Assembly (NCBI RefSeq): GCF_006345805.1
Contig: NC_043016.1
Coordinates: 18,910,001-18,974,000, forward strand
DNA length: 64,000 nt
Direction of reading: 5' to 3'
Source of the DNA: Octopus sinensis
Taxonomy: Eukaryota
The translations under genes and the position numbers were made by a program. The notes below the pieces were generated by a model. The model ran no database searches. It was not told where the DNA came from and saw nothing but the letters and a program-made list of their open reading frames with translations. Shown piece by piece: positions 36,856 through 50,093 of this stretch. Numbering within the stretch: the stretch's first letter is position 1; the number at the start of each line of letters is the position of its first letter.

Positions 36856-37126
36856 CAATTGCAGCGTGGAATGAACCATTAAAAACACACAAGAACCGTT
36901 AGGTTCACTTCACACTTAATTTAATTTGCCAAAATATATTTTTCGTCGCTTTGAGACCGCAACTGTTCACTGACAAAATTCCGTGCTGCACTGACTTTGT
37001 CAGTGAACAGGTTGCGGTCACAAAGCGACAAGAGTATTTTAGCAAATTAAATTTAAATGCTGAAATGAATCTTACGGTTTTTGTGTGTTTTTAAATGGCC
37101 TATAAACACCTTCCACGCTGAAATTG
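36856..37126. mobile_element. Palindromic (foldback) repeat element next to (TA)n
   Basis: caattgcagcgtggaa…gttcactgacaaaatt / actttgtcagtgaac…ttccacgctgaaattg; arms of ~125 bp pair throughout with scattered mismatches. Confidence 0.85.
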
Positions 37127-37639
37127 CTTTTGTTTCAGCACACTATCTCAGATCAGGTCACTTGCTATGCAAGTACATCTCCGTAATATATATATATACC
37201 AAAATGTAACTACACGTGGACTATTGGCAATTTTTCCTCCTTCTGCAATTTTTTTCCTCCTTCCTTTTCTTTTCAACTTCTCTATATCTCCCGTTTCCGA
37301 AGAAGTGCTTTACTCGAAACGTAAAACAATCACTATTTCTTTCCTTCTCTGAACGTCTTATTAATATTTTGCATTTACCACATACTCACGTTGTTGTTTT
37401 TTCTTGTTGTCTTTCTTCGTTTTTTTTATTAATTATATATATATATATTCGTCATTTGCGGTGGGCAAATCGTTACCATTTTATAATTTTAATTTCGTGC
37501 ATGCGCAGTATTTGTTATTTGATTTTGTCGATTGCACAATATAGTAGGGTCAGTTGGGCACCGCTGCAAGGAAAAAAGCATTATGACGCAATCTACACTG
37601 CCAAAAATTTGGAATCAACATGCTGTCCTGCTTGGCATT

Positions 37640-38211
37640 CGCACTGGAAGCTCCAATACGAACATATACCGAGGATGATAAAAATCAAACATCCAGTCAG
37701 CATCATCTTCCCACACAGCCTCAGACTCAATTCGGTGACCTACATCAACAGCCTGGAGGGTGGCTACAGGAAGACCCTATGTCTGGCAACTGGACTCTGA
37801 ACCATGCCAAACAAGCAGAGGAACCCAGTCATGTATGTCAGACAATTTCTACAACCACATCATCTCTAACATCAGACCAACTCTCGAGACTGCAACCCTC
37901 TTATTATTATGATTGGGGTGCAGTTGAGCAAGACACCATAAAAACTCCTTGTAACACCAAGGATGAACTGAAGGCAAGGATTATGGCAGCCTTCACCAAC
38001 TTAAACAAGGAGACCATCCAGAAGAGTTGCAGGAGATTCCGAAGTTGTCTGGAGGCCGTGGTTGAAGCCAATGGCGATTTTATCGAATAAATTTACTTAT
38101 TAGTATTTCAAGATATTTATATGTAAATTTGGTAAATATATGTTAAAATGAGACGTCAGTATAATTTTCACTTTTGTGTGATATAGCTGACAGTTAATTC
38201 ATCACACCCTG
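37640..38211 (+). mobile_element. maT/DD37D-type Tc1-mariner 3' remnant
   Basis: KIKHPVSI, FPHSLRLN, GRPYVWQLDSEPC, WGAVEQDTIKTPCNTKDELKARI…VVEANGDFIE*; ends tcatcacaccctg followed by (TA)n. Confidence 0.75.
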
Positions 38212-38243
<32 letters not shown>

Positions 38244-38307
38244 GTAATGCAATACGAAAGTATTGCTTTCCAGTAAAGAATAGCCCGCGAGGGAAAATTA
38301 TACATAG

Positions 38308-38792
38308 AAGTAGATATATGGCACAACGAAGTACCGATATTTACTGGAAATAGCGAACGTAATAATACGACGCTAATGTATAGCTTCACTGCGTATGTAC
38401 TAGCAAAAATGCGTGAGTGCAACAAACTTGAAAGAAATTGTCTTACCTCCAGCGAGAACATCTGAAAGATGAAATACCTAGAAAAGAATAATGTGGGACC
38501 GGAGCCGGTTTCAGATTCTTCAAGATATGCCTCCACACATATACTTGATCTATCTTCATCAGCCAAACATATACCACGACAACATTTCAGATGTTACCAC
38601 ATTAATGCCATATCCTTTTCTAGGTATTTCATCTTTCAGATGTTCTCCCTGGAGGTAAGACAATTTTTTCAAGTTTGTTGCACTCACGCATTTTCGCTAG
38701 TACATACGCGGTGAAGCTATACATTAGCGTCGTATTATTACGTTCGCTATTTCCAGTAAATATCGGTACTTCGTTGTGCCATATATTTACTT
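38308..38792. mobile_element. ~180-bp inverted-repeat element with hammerhead in the spacer, flanked by (TA)n
   Basis: Arms 38308-38486 and 38615-38792 are reverse complements with only a few mismatches; spacer 38487-38614. Confidence 0.9.
38491..38570 (-). ncRNA. Type-I hammerhead ribozyme motif (HHR-5)
   Basis: Minus strand atg tt tgg-CUGAUGA-agat…tcaag..atatg/catat cttga…atct-GAAA-ccg gctc cg-GUC-ccacat; stem III ACCG/CGGU, GUC triplet, bulged stem I. Confidence 0.83.
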
Positions 38793-38824
38793 ATATATAT
38801 ATAATATATATATATATATATAAT

Positions 38825-38887
<63 letters not shown>

Positions 38888-39802
38888 TAACATATATTAT
38901 ATATATACATACAAACATACATACATACAAGCATACACACACACATATATATATATAATTCAAACTTTCATTAATTTAATTTGTAATTGTTATTTGTACA
39001 TCAAGTTCAGCGAAGAGGTTGAAAAGTTTGAAAACTGTATCACGGCTGAAGGAACATCAATTCTAGCGTTGAAACAAACCTTCGTTATATATTTAATTTT
39101 TTAAATTTATGAATCTCTCACCCCACCGTTATGTATGTATGATGTATGAATGTATGTATTATGTATATATGTATGCACGTATGCATGTATGTACGTACGT
39201 ACGTACGTACGTACGTATGTATGTATGTATGTATGTATGTATGCATGCATGTATGTATGTATGTATGGGTATTTGTGAGTGATTGTGTGTGTATGTGTGT
39301 GTGTGTGTGTGCGTGTGTGTGTGTGTGTGTGCGTGTGTGTGTGTGCGTGTGTGTATGTGTGTGCAAACAGTTATGGTAGAGGTAATGGATCCGATCGCCC
39401 TAAATTGCTGGTACTATCATTTGGTTACATCCCCTCTCGGAAGTGTTTTGGTTTTTTTAATTCTTTCTTTTTTCGGTGACAGGTCGGATTTGAACTAAGA
39501 ATATGTTGAACCAGAAAAAAAAAATACCACAAGGCATCATGTCCGATACCTTCACGATCCCACCAATTAACTGCTCTCAACAAAGTACTTTCTATCGACA
39601 TTCAAAGGGATATTTTTGAATTCGAAAAAAAAAAAGAATAATAAACGCAAAGACCGCAACAAGCAACAACACCAATAGTCATATCTACCATCCCTTTGTG
39701 TTATCATCATAGAGGAAATATTCAGTCAGACGATCTTTGAAATTCTGAGACACGAGAAAGAACTGATGACGACAATATATACATACATACATACATACAC
39801 CC

Positions 39803-39868
39803 ATAAAAATATCACAAAAAGCTGCTACTCAGAGTTTCACGTTCCCCTTCGTCCGACGAATGGGAACA
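39803..39868. mobile_element. Truncated copy of the 28718 hammerhead foldback family
   Basis: aatatcacaaaaagctgctactcagagtttcacgttccccttcgtccgacgaatgggaac; refolded around ttcgtc c gacgaa. Confidence 0.7.
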
Positions 39869-39869
39869 C

Positions 39870-40218
39870 ATATACGTACGTACATACATACATTCATACA
39901 TACATACATACATACATACATACATACATACATACATACATACATACATAAATACATATACATCTATATATATATTTATACATACATGTATACATACATG
40001 CGTACATATCTACATGCATACATACATAGATTTATACATACACGCATGCAGGCACGCATACATACATACCTACATACATACATACATACATACATACATA
40101 CATGCATACATGCATACATACATACATACATACATACATACATACATACATGCATGCATACATACATACATACATACATACATACATACATGCATACATA
40201 CATACATACCTACCTACC

Positions 40219-40252
<34 letters not shown>

Positions 40253-40432
40253 CATACATACACACAAACACACATACATACACACATACATACATACATA
40301 CATACATGCATGCATACATACACATACATACATACATACATACATACATACATACATGCATACATACATACACATACATACATACATACATACATACATA
40401 CATACATACATACATACATACATACACATACA
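39870..40432. repeat. Long (TACA)n microsatellite array
   Basis: Direct reading; source of the YIHT/MYVC ORFs. Confidence 0.95.
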
Positions 40433-40574
40433 TGACGATTGCTTCATTTTGACAGATGACAGACATCCCATTAACACACAGATACACACACACACACACT
40501 ACATCCCATCATTCAGTACCCCTCAGATGACTTTTAAGACCAGCTGCTGACTGACAGGGTTTAAAACACAAGTG

Positions 40575-42260
40575 ACAGATATTATTCAAGTTTCTTCTAC
40601 ATCTTTGCCCTTTGAAATCTGATTCTGAAGAATGCTTTTGTGAACTAGCATATGTCTTTTAAGTCCAGATATTGTCTCACAAGTTTTGTGACATATGACA
40701 CAAGTCGTAAGAAGCGGTCGGTGTTCAAGATTATTACCTACCTGGGCATTTCGAGTTTCATGTGACATAATATGATTCACGTAACATGTTTTTGACAATA
40801 GAACACGATCACATATAATATATATCCAATGTTCGCTGTTGATTACAGTTTCAATTGTTCCTTTGCGACGGGCTCCTTTTAAGCTCAGAGTATTGAATCA
40901 TCTTTTCCTGCTAATCATTGCAACCAGTCCTAACAGCACCTCACCACTTGATCCGGAACATCATTTTTCCAATCACTTCTGTTCATATCTAGTTTCTTCA
41001 GGTTTTCTTTCTTACAGTCTTTATAACTTTTCCTCAGCTTATGTTGTGATCGCTTACCAGATTTGACAATCGCTCGTCTTTGACAATCGCTCGTCTTTCA
41101 TTCTCATAACATGTCCGGCCCATCTCATTTGAGCCAAAATAACATGTTGTTCAATTGAGTTACAACATGCCATGTGCAAAACTTCTGTATCTGGTATGAA
41201 ACATTTCCACTTGACTCCTAAGATACGCCTGAGACACTTTTGATTAAATCTCTCCAGCATTTTTATATGACGCTTGTAGGTGGTCCACGTCTCACTTGAA
41301 TGAGCAGTCAATACAAAGCTTTATAGACACTGATTTTTTTCTGCAGGGTAATACTTTAATCCACCCATACTGGCTCTTCGAGCTTTTCAAATGCAACACT
41401 TTCCGTCCTTATTCGATAATATATCTCTGCATCAAGACTACCATCTTTTTACAGTTTGCTTCCAAGGTAAACAAAGGTGTCAACGACTTCTAACATTGTT
41501 CCATTCACAAAAATGTTTGGTTGAAAATATGTTTGTCCTGGCACGGGAGTAAACATTACTTTGGGTTTCTCCAGACTAATTGTGAATCCGAAATGTACAC
41601 ATGCAGTGACAAATCTGTACATTGAATGTTGCATATCCCTCTCTGAATGTGCCAACAAATCAGCATCATCAGTATAAAGTATTTCTCTAACAAGCATTTT
41701 GAAAGTCTTTGCTTTGCAAGTAAACCGAGTCAAATTAAAAATGCAACCAGATGTCTGAAATCTGATTCCGATTTCCCTGTTGCAATCATTGAAACCATAC
41801 CAAAGCAATGCAGCAAATTACATAGAGAAAAGTGTAGAAGCAGAAATATCTCCCTTTCGACACCATCGACCACCGAAAATTCGTGAGATAGTGCACCATT
41901 AAAGGCTACCTGTTTCTGGGTAGTTCATTAAAGATGCTCACAAAATGCGTTGGGCAACCAAGTTTACACAAAACAATCTACAGCGTCTCCCAGTTAACCG
42001 TGTAAAATTCCTTAGTTAAACTTATGAAGACCTGGTATAGTGACATTTGTTCCTCTAAGTTCTTATCCTGAACCTGCCTCACGGAAAATATCAAGTCCAC
42101 TGTTCCTTGTGGAGGTTTAAAACCACACTGTTCTTCAGGAATCACATGTGGACACACAATCTCAACGAGACGATCTAGCATGATCCTTGAAAGTATCTTC
42201 TCGGTATGTGTCAGGAGAGTTATCCCTCTAGAATTACGAAACGTTACTTTTGGGCCCTTC
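40575..42260 (-). mobile_element. RTE-clade LINE remnant (RT to C-terminal C2H2)
   Basis: IPEEQCGF, DLIFSVRQVQDK, ILYTDDADL, FVYLGSKL, SETWTTYKRHIKMLERF, RWAGHVMRM, CVICHKTCETISGLKRHMLVH. Confidence 0.88.
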
Positions 42261-42317
42261 TAATTCCGTTATATTTTCTAATTCCGTTGTACATGCATTT
42301 TAATTCTATATATATAT

Positions 42318-42485
42318 ATACGACGGGCTTCTTTCAGTTTCCGTCTACCAAATTCACTCACAAGGCTTTGGTTGGCTTGTGGTTATAGTAGAAGACACCT
42401 GACCAAGGTGCCACGCAGTGGGACTGAACACGGAACCATGTGGTTGGGAAGCAAATTTCTTACCACACAACCACGTCTGCGCCGA
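42318..42485 (-). mobile_element. SINE family B, first half
   Basis: ggcgcagacgtggttgtgtggtaagaaatttgcttcccaaccacatggttccgtgttcagtcccactgcgtggcaccttgg… ending cccgtcg(TA)n. Confidence 0.85.
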
Positions 42486-42489
42486 TATA

Positions 42490-42892
42490 TGTTCTTTTAT
42501 TCTTTTATCTGTTTCAGTCATTTGACTGCGACCATGCTGGAGCACCACGTGTTAGTCGAAGAAATCGACCACAGGACTTATTCTTTGTGAACCTAGTACT
42601 TGTTCTATCGGTCTCTTTTGCTGAACCGCTAATTTACGAGTACATAAACACACCAACATTTGTTAAGTGATGTTGGGGCGACAAACACAGACACACACAC
42701 ACACACACACATATATATGTATATATATATATATATATATATACGACGAGCTTCTTTCAGTTTCCATCCGCCAAATCCATTCACAAGGCTTTGGTCGGCC
42801 CGAGGCTATAGTAAAAGTGCTATGCAGTGGGACTGAACCCGGAAACATGTGGTCGGGAGGCAAGCTTCTTACCACACAGCCATGCCTGCGCA
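42490..42892 (-). mobile_element. SINE family B, full length with internal (TA/TG)n
   Basis: Head at 42745-42892, microsatellite 42690-42742, second half ending gactgaaacagataaaagaataaaagaa. Confidence 0.85.
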
Positions 42893-44762
42893 TATATGTA
42901 TCTTTTTAACACATTGATTATGAATTTACCGTGGTTGGAGAGATGCAATGTAAATTTTCGTTTTCTTTCTGAGAGGAATGCTATAGTATAATACGGAGAT
43001 CCATATAACATCCAGGAAATTAACTTCTTAAACTCTTCTTTCGAAAGAGAGGAAAACGATATAGGATTTAAAGAAGTGGCGCAAACTTGTACGTGGTTTT
43101 TTTAGCGCTGATGGCATATGATTTAAAACACTTAAAGAGACTAACCTCTACAGAGCATATTCCAAGGCGTTGAATTTATCGTTTAGTTGATGTAAAAAAT
43201 AATAATTCCACCAAGCGAATGGCCTGCGTTGCGACAGATGATTCCACTGTGATTCCAAGTATGTTATCACTTAAATTTCCTAACAAAATGTCATTCTTAG
43301 CATATTGAGGATTTTTAAGAAGTTGTAATATTATATTGTAATTTTTGCTGTGAAAATAATGGTGTTGTTTAGGAGTACAAGTGATTTAGAAGAGTAGTAG
43401 ATATCTATATAGAATTGAGAGACAGGTGTATTGTGGTTAACACTCAAGTAAATAAGCCAATCTAATAATTCATTCATACTTTGCTATATGGATGAACTTC
43501 ATCAGGTTTTTCACTTTATGTATAATTATGTTTAGTATGATTTGTACTTAATCTACCTATATCTGATTCAGATCGACAAATTAGCCGAAGAGTGCGAATT
43601 ATATAAAAATCTGGTATATGGTTTACTATATGTAGTATACCTTATACCAATACTGAAATTAATATAAAAGACACTAGAAATTGATGTGAATGTAGAATTG
43701 CCAATTAATGTATATTTGTTAATTACTCTCTCAGAAAAAGAAAATATCGCACGTCAATGTAAAGTCAATACCCGTAACACACTGAGACAATATACGATTA
43801 GAAGATTTTCTTCCAAAATTATCTGTAATTCCTCGCAGAAGCGCTCCTTCACTCGTACCCAAACTAAAGTCTTTGACAGCACCGTCAGAATACCTATGCA
43901 GCCTTAAATCCAAGGATATCAAATTCAAACACAAATGCGATATTTTAAGCCCAGTAAAATCAAACGTTGTTAAAGGGCATGAATGTCGTTTGTACACACA
44001 CGTAACTGTACAAACTTCACTACCAAATAGTAACATTAAATAAAAAGATGAACTTTTAGTTAAAAGTAATCATAATATACAGAATGCATTTAAATAATGC
44101 GGAAGAACTTATAAATCAAAACAACGGATCATAAAGTGAACAGCCGATATTTAGAATGATAAAACTTGGACTTAATTGTTACACAGAATTCTAGCAATAA
44201 TAATCTAAATGCCATGATTATTCTAAAAAATAATTCTTGTGAACACAATATAATTTATCCGTATAGTTTTCCTTTACGTAGCTAGGATAACGTTCTTGTG
44301 TGTGTGTGTGTGTGTGTCTGTGTGTGTGTGTCTGTGTGTGTGTCTGTGTGTGTCTGTGTGTGTCTGTGTGTGTCTGTGTGTGTGTCTGTGTGTCTGTGTA
44401 TATACATGACTTGTATTAGATTTTCTTGTTTACTAATTTTATAAGGGCCACATCAGCGCGGTATTTGTCCGACCTTATTTCCAGTAGCGGGTGTCCTCTT
44501 ATCTCCAGATAATAACTATGTCTTTTTCCTTAATGACCTCTCAACTTTAGAGAATTTTTGAGTTTTTGAGATTATCTCCTTTTCGGTATGCCATTAATAA
44601 TTGCGACCTATCTTCCTGACTCAGAGATAATTTTAATAAATCAAGAATTTATGTTGTATGGTATTTGATATACCTATATTTGTCTGTGTCGTTCAAATGT
44701 ATGCCACTGACCACCCAGAGTTCTTTTAGATCATTTTGTTTCTGCATACATACATACATACA

Positions 44763-44796
<34 letters not shown>

Positions 44797-45984
44797 CATA
44801 CATACATACAAGGACCGGTCTAACACGAACTTTACAGATACGATCTGTAAACAGAAAAATAAAGATATGTAAACTTTTTCTTGATGTTCGATGGGTAGCA
44901 ATTATCGTTGTATTCATTCAAACTTAGTGATGGAGATTCTGCTTCTTGTTAGAAAGCAGTTCTCTCATTCTAGAATGAACAAAATCAAGAAAAATAATGA
45001 ACAAAATCAAGAAAAATTGTATTTGTCTGTGAATGTATTTATGTATTGTTATATAGTTTAGTAGTAGCCAGAGTAAGAGTATTTAATACCAGAGGCAGAA
45101 GTAAATTATTCCTTATATAAATTCAATTAAGTATGTCGGTATCTTTAGTTTTGTGCCCGCAAAGAAAATATTTGCCGTGCTCGTACTGTCGTTAGAATTT
45201 CTTGGGCCGCAGTTAGTAATACCATTGTAATTTAAGCAAAACTATTATCATTAATATAATCCTCATTAAAGCAATTACCATCAGCAAGAAAATCTTCATC
45301 ATTACAATCCCCTTGAAAATAAGAGCTTAGTTATGTGTTTGACATAACCAGATACAACTATTGTAATAAAACATTTTACAGTATATTTTTCTCCGGCAAA
45401 TATATATTCATATTTTGACCTTCCAATATTAACATCGTTAGATATGTGAAAATAATACAGCGAGTATATATATCCCTGCCGTTTAGTTAAGGGAAACAAC
45501 TGTAGTTTACGGTTTTGAGTACATTTGGAATTAGTAAATTTAATTATCTACTCATCCTTTGATATATATCGTTGTTAATGCATTTTGCGACATATGCAGT
45601 CTGTGACTAGGAAATCGATTAATTTTGTTATACATTTCAATCAATATTATAAACAGTACATACTCTAATCAGCAAGGCTAGTAAATGAAATAGTTTAAAA
45701 TACGTGCTACTCCTGTACATCTAGCTAGAGAAGGAGTCGTTGAAATATTGCTGATTTAGATCATCTTGCTTAGCTATGGGTTTGTGTTACGGCTATGGTT
45801 ACTATCATCTAAATTTACATTAAAAACAAGGCCATGGCACTCATTAGCATAGAGTCAATGTTCGACTCATTTTAGCGTCTGATTCATAAGTATGCTAATT
45901 CTTGCGTCCGCTTCATCTATCGCTATAACCATAGCTTCTAATTCTCTGAAATAGCTGATGGTATATCCCTTCCGTTAGGCCATG

Positions 45985-46150
45985 CCATCAACCCATCATT
46001 CTCCTTCCGTCACCCCAACTTTGTTTCTTCTCTCGCAGCCACTCTACACATATTGTATAGTTTCTTCCTTGGACTACCGACTGAAATTCCTTCCTCTTCT
46101 ACTTTTTTATTGCTCGAACATTGACTAACACGCATCTACTGCATCCAATT
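45985..46150 (-). mobile_element. Possible RTE LINE 3'-end fragment
   Basis: Minus strand VEEEG..GSPRK-like segment resembling the RTE G.RP.GRPR..W region; short and decayed. Confidence 0.3.
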
Positions 46151-47339
46151 TCACTAGTGGAACATTTCGCACCCTCCCTTTACTAACTTCTAATAAATTA
46201 GTTAAGCGTAGCTATTATGTAGAGATACAAACAGTGTTTAGCTGACTAGCAATTAAGAAATTCTAATTTAACCTGTGTTTTGTACGGCTTTTGGAAGAAA
46301 TCTGAATAAAGAAAGCCGAAATTACGAGGAAGCCCTGCCCTGCTAGAAACTGCAACCACGATCTCCTCCAAATGACATCAATAATCTTGGTTAAATATAA
46401 TGGTATACATTGGACAACTTAGTCTCTTACATCTAAAAATGGTATGGTTGCGGTTAGAATACCTATAAATCGCAAGACCAACTATGGCTAAATAACAACA
46501 AATATAAGTTTCCTGTAGTTCTAAGAAAACTAGTACTTCTGCAAGTACCACAACTGCATGACTAATTAGGATCTGATTAAAGCATATGTAAGATAACTTG
46601 AAAAAAAATATTTCTGACTGCTTCATCTTCTATGAGAAACAGTATGTGTCATGTGCGCTTCTGTACTGCAGAAAATTATTTTACTGATACAGGTAGATAA
46701 AAGTTATAGGTGATTTTGATGGAATTTGATAACAGATTGCGGAGAACCAAGCCATATGGTTAGAAGTACAAGAGATTTTGCCAACTCGCTTATAGACCTA
46801 AAGGAAGAAAAAAAAACGATTTATTTTAATTAGACAATTTGAAAGCAAGAAATATACGACACTGAACCAAACTGTTTAACAGCTGCTTAATGCATTGACT
46901 CTGAGGTATCAATAGTGAGGTTCGCGTTGATGGTATTTCAGATCAAAATGTTGGGTTGAGATTAATATTGTAAGGTATTTCAATGGTTTTACCAAATCAG
47001 TAACTTCATAGAATAATTAATTATCGATTAACGAAGTGATTATATAAAATCATAAGAATTACCAGAACAGACATATGCGAATTTGACTTTACTTGAGTTA
47101 TTCATATTTTCCATTTTTAGAAGAAGTATCTTGAAACAAACATCGACTAGTTTAAATGGTTAAAATAACAGAAAAATAATTAAGAATTTCAACAATTAGG
47201 AATTTCACTGTGTAAAATATTAGACTGGAAATAATTATACTCTAGTATTTGTGTAATACACATATGCTTCAAGAAATGTGAATATGGATGAAGCACGTCT
47301 GGAGTTATCTCGCGTGCTTAATTGGAATTGAAAATATTG

Positions 47340-47545
47340 CTTTCACATTTTGGCACAAGGCCAGCAAATGCAGGAGAGGAAGAAAGTCGAATACATCAAC
47401 ACCAATTCCCGACTGAGTATCAACCTCAAAAGGATGAAAAGCAACGTCGACCTCGGCAGAATTTGAACTCAGAGTGTAAAGATGAACGAAGTGTTGTTAA
47501 GCATTTTGTCCGGCGCGTTAACGATTCTGTAAGCTTGCCACCTTA
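47340..47545 (-). mobile_element. SINE family A, diverged
   Basis: ggatgaaaagcaacgtcgacctcggcagaatttgaactcag…aacgattctgtaagcttgccacctt. Confidence 0.7.
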
Positions 47546-47739
47546 ATTGAAATTGAAAATATTAACCTTTGACTAATATTGATTCTTTTAATGAAGAAGT
47601 ATATGTGACTAGTTATCTTTTTTGAAAGTTCATGTACTGAAAATAATGCAATGTGAAGATAACGTTTGTATCAACTGATATGGGTAATTTATATTACACA
47701 TTTGGTTGAGTACCTTTCCTCTCTCCTTCATTGCAGACA

Positions 47740-48560
47740 AATAATGGACCTTCAACAAAAGGAATGTTATTGAGTTTTCACAGGTTATTTACGGAAATGA
47801 CACCAATGACAAGCGATTACTGACACGAATCGCAGGTGAGTATACAAATTGATTGGTTTGGACAGATGAATCACAATTCGTGGATTTGTTACATAGTTGA
47901 ACTGATCATGACCAAATTGTATATCGGAAAGTATGTGCAAAGCAGTAATATCGACAGTAGAGACCTGACACAAAGGAAAACGGATGGAAATCTGGTCTGA
48001 TCAGAGGGTGGCATTTGAAGCCAATGAAAACACTTCCTTTTCAGATAAAAGGTAATGAAATGTAAGTTTTATGATGCAGAAACGAAGGTTCATTTCGTAG
48101 AATCATGGCACCAATTTCTCCAAAGCATAAGAAGTTCAAGAGACAACGATCGGTACAGGAACTCATAGAGAATGTTTTGTGCAGATGGCAAGCACGTCAT
48201 TCACTTTAACTTTCTGGATCGTGAATAGCAAGTGGTAGATTGAAACACTAGACCGAACGAGAATTTTAAAACGATCAACATTGCACCGTGGTAATGTGTA
48301 ACCACACACACCTATGACAACAATCAGGAAATCGGCATCTTTAGTTGACCAATGGTCACCGTCCATAATACAGCCAGGATTTCCATGTATTATTTTGGTT
48401 CTCAGAGGAATAGTCTTCAGGGACAATGATTTAATCACAGTTGAGAAAAAAGTAACTGAGAAGAAACGGGCGCAACAGCACACTTGAATATTTTCAGTTT
48501 CGAGAATGATCTACAACGAGAACACGAATGCATTACTTATGACGGACAGTAATGAATCAC
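47740..48560 (+). mobile_element. Possible decayed BEL/Pao LTR-retrotransposon integrase region
   Basis: Broken peptides CKAVI..ET.HKGKRM, RRFIS*NHGTNFSKA and NHTPMT recall BEL R.VI..C..C, RRF.ARRG..SDNGTNF and N.RPLT in the correct order; many stops. Confidence 0.3.
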
Positions 48561-49395
48561 ATATGATGCTGCATCACTTATAATGTTGAGTAATACTTTT
48601 ATATATTCTGTACTCTACCAACATGGGAAACCTGAATGACCTAAACCAAAAATATGTGTTGTCCTCTTTTAACATTACTTTCGGTACAACCCTCGAATTA
48701 AATATATTAACACCCATCCAGTTATTGTCTTTCATTAGAATGGCATCCCTGAATCCCTAAATTTCTAATGAATTTTATGTCCTTAAACCACTAAATACAC
48801 ATTATTATGCATTTATTTAATAATTCATCCATCACTATATCAGGAAGTCCAGTGTAAGCTATTCCCTGACGGTAAGGTTAAAATTTGTCCAAAACATACC
48901 CGAAGATTCTTTTGCTCGCTGGTGACTGCTATAATGGCAGTGCGAGAAAGAGGGAGAGAGAGAGAGTAAGAGAGATTTTATGAGCTTATTGAGAGATAAT
49001 CTCTTCTAAGTATTTTTCTGGGGGGTTTTTGTTGTTGTTTGTTTTTTTTTTGTTTTTTTCGGAGGTCTTATATTGCTTGAAACTAATAGTAGTATTTCAA
49101 AAATATAGAGTTAGACTTTCTTTCGATGCTGCATATATTAAATGCTTTAAAATATTTATCTGTTTGTTTATGTATCTACTACAACTTTCAGAAATCACAC
49201 AAAGCTTGAGATGTCTAGCGAATTCATGAATTTTATAGACGAAATTACACAAATTTGTCTCATCGAAATTTGTACAAGAACATATGTAACCTTGTGTTAA
49301 ATATATTTCTCTCTTTACTGTGTTAAGGTATGAGCATGTTCAATTGCTTGTCAAATAAAAAGAGCGACTTCAGCATCTGTTTCAGAGTGTTTAAA

Positions 49396-49612
49396 TTACT
49401 CCTTTCCACTATTGGTACAATACCTGAAATTTGGGGCAGCGGGTAAGTATTTTACATCACCTCCAATACTTAACCGGTACTTATTTCCTCGACCCGGAAA
49501 GAATGAAAGGTAAAGTTGACTTCGGAAGCATTTGAGCTCAGAACGTAAGACGGACGAAATGCCACATACCATTTCGTCCGTCTTTAAAGATTCGGCTTTC
49601 TCGGCGCCTTTA
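49396..49612 (-). mobile_element. SINE family A, diverged, A1 tail
   Basis: cctttccactattggtacaatacctgaaattt…gaatgaaaggtaaagttgacttcgg…tttgagctcagaacg. Confidence 0.7.
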
Positions 49613-50093
49613 ATGCCACTACGATCTTTCCGCGGTGTTTGCACCCGAAGTTTGCAGTGATATGAGACTTAGATCGTATAACAAAGATAGTACACATACA
49701 TACATAATGTATACAAATACACACACACATATACACACATACACACATACACACACACACACATATATATATATATATGTATGTATTTATGTATGTATGT
49801 ATGTATGTATGTATGTATGTATGTATGTATGTATGTATGTATGTATGTGTGTATGTATGTATGTGTGTGTGTGTATGTGTGTGTGTATGGATGTGTGTAT
49901 GTATATATATATATGTACGTATGTGTATACGAACATTCTCTCTCTCACATACGCACGTGTGCGTATGGAATATCATTTCATCTCAAAATGAACTCCTAGA
50001 TCCTAAAGATGGAGATTGTTTCCAACACAGTAAACTGGAGTAACGCGTATAGAAGTGCCTTGTGGAAGAATATTATCCATCTATATGACTATA

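Noticed and set aside
39035-39090. ctgaagg…gaaac hammerhead-like remnant
   Set aside because: Core and stem III both deviate (A9 and 16.2 changed); too degenerate to call.
39860-40550. Long ORFs of YIHT/MYVC repeats, and similar poly-I, poly-N, CVCV and YIYI ORFs across the window
   Set aside because: These are translations of microsatellites; stop-free frames are expected from the repeat units.
47785-47836. 52-nt exon-like segment (ttttcacag|…cgcag|gtgagt; VIYGNDTNDKRLLTRIA)
   Set aside because: The splice signals look good, but the surrounding sequence reads more like a decayed BEL/Pao pol region and no partner exons were found; unresolved without RNA-seq.
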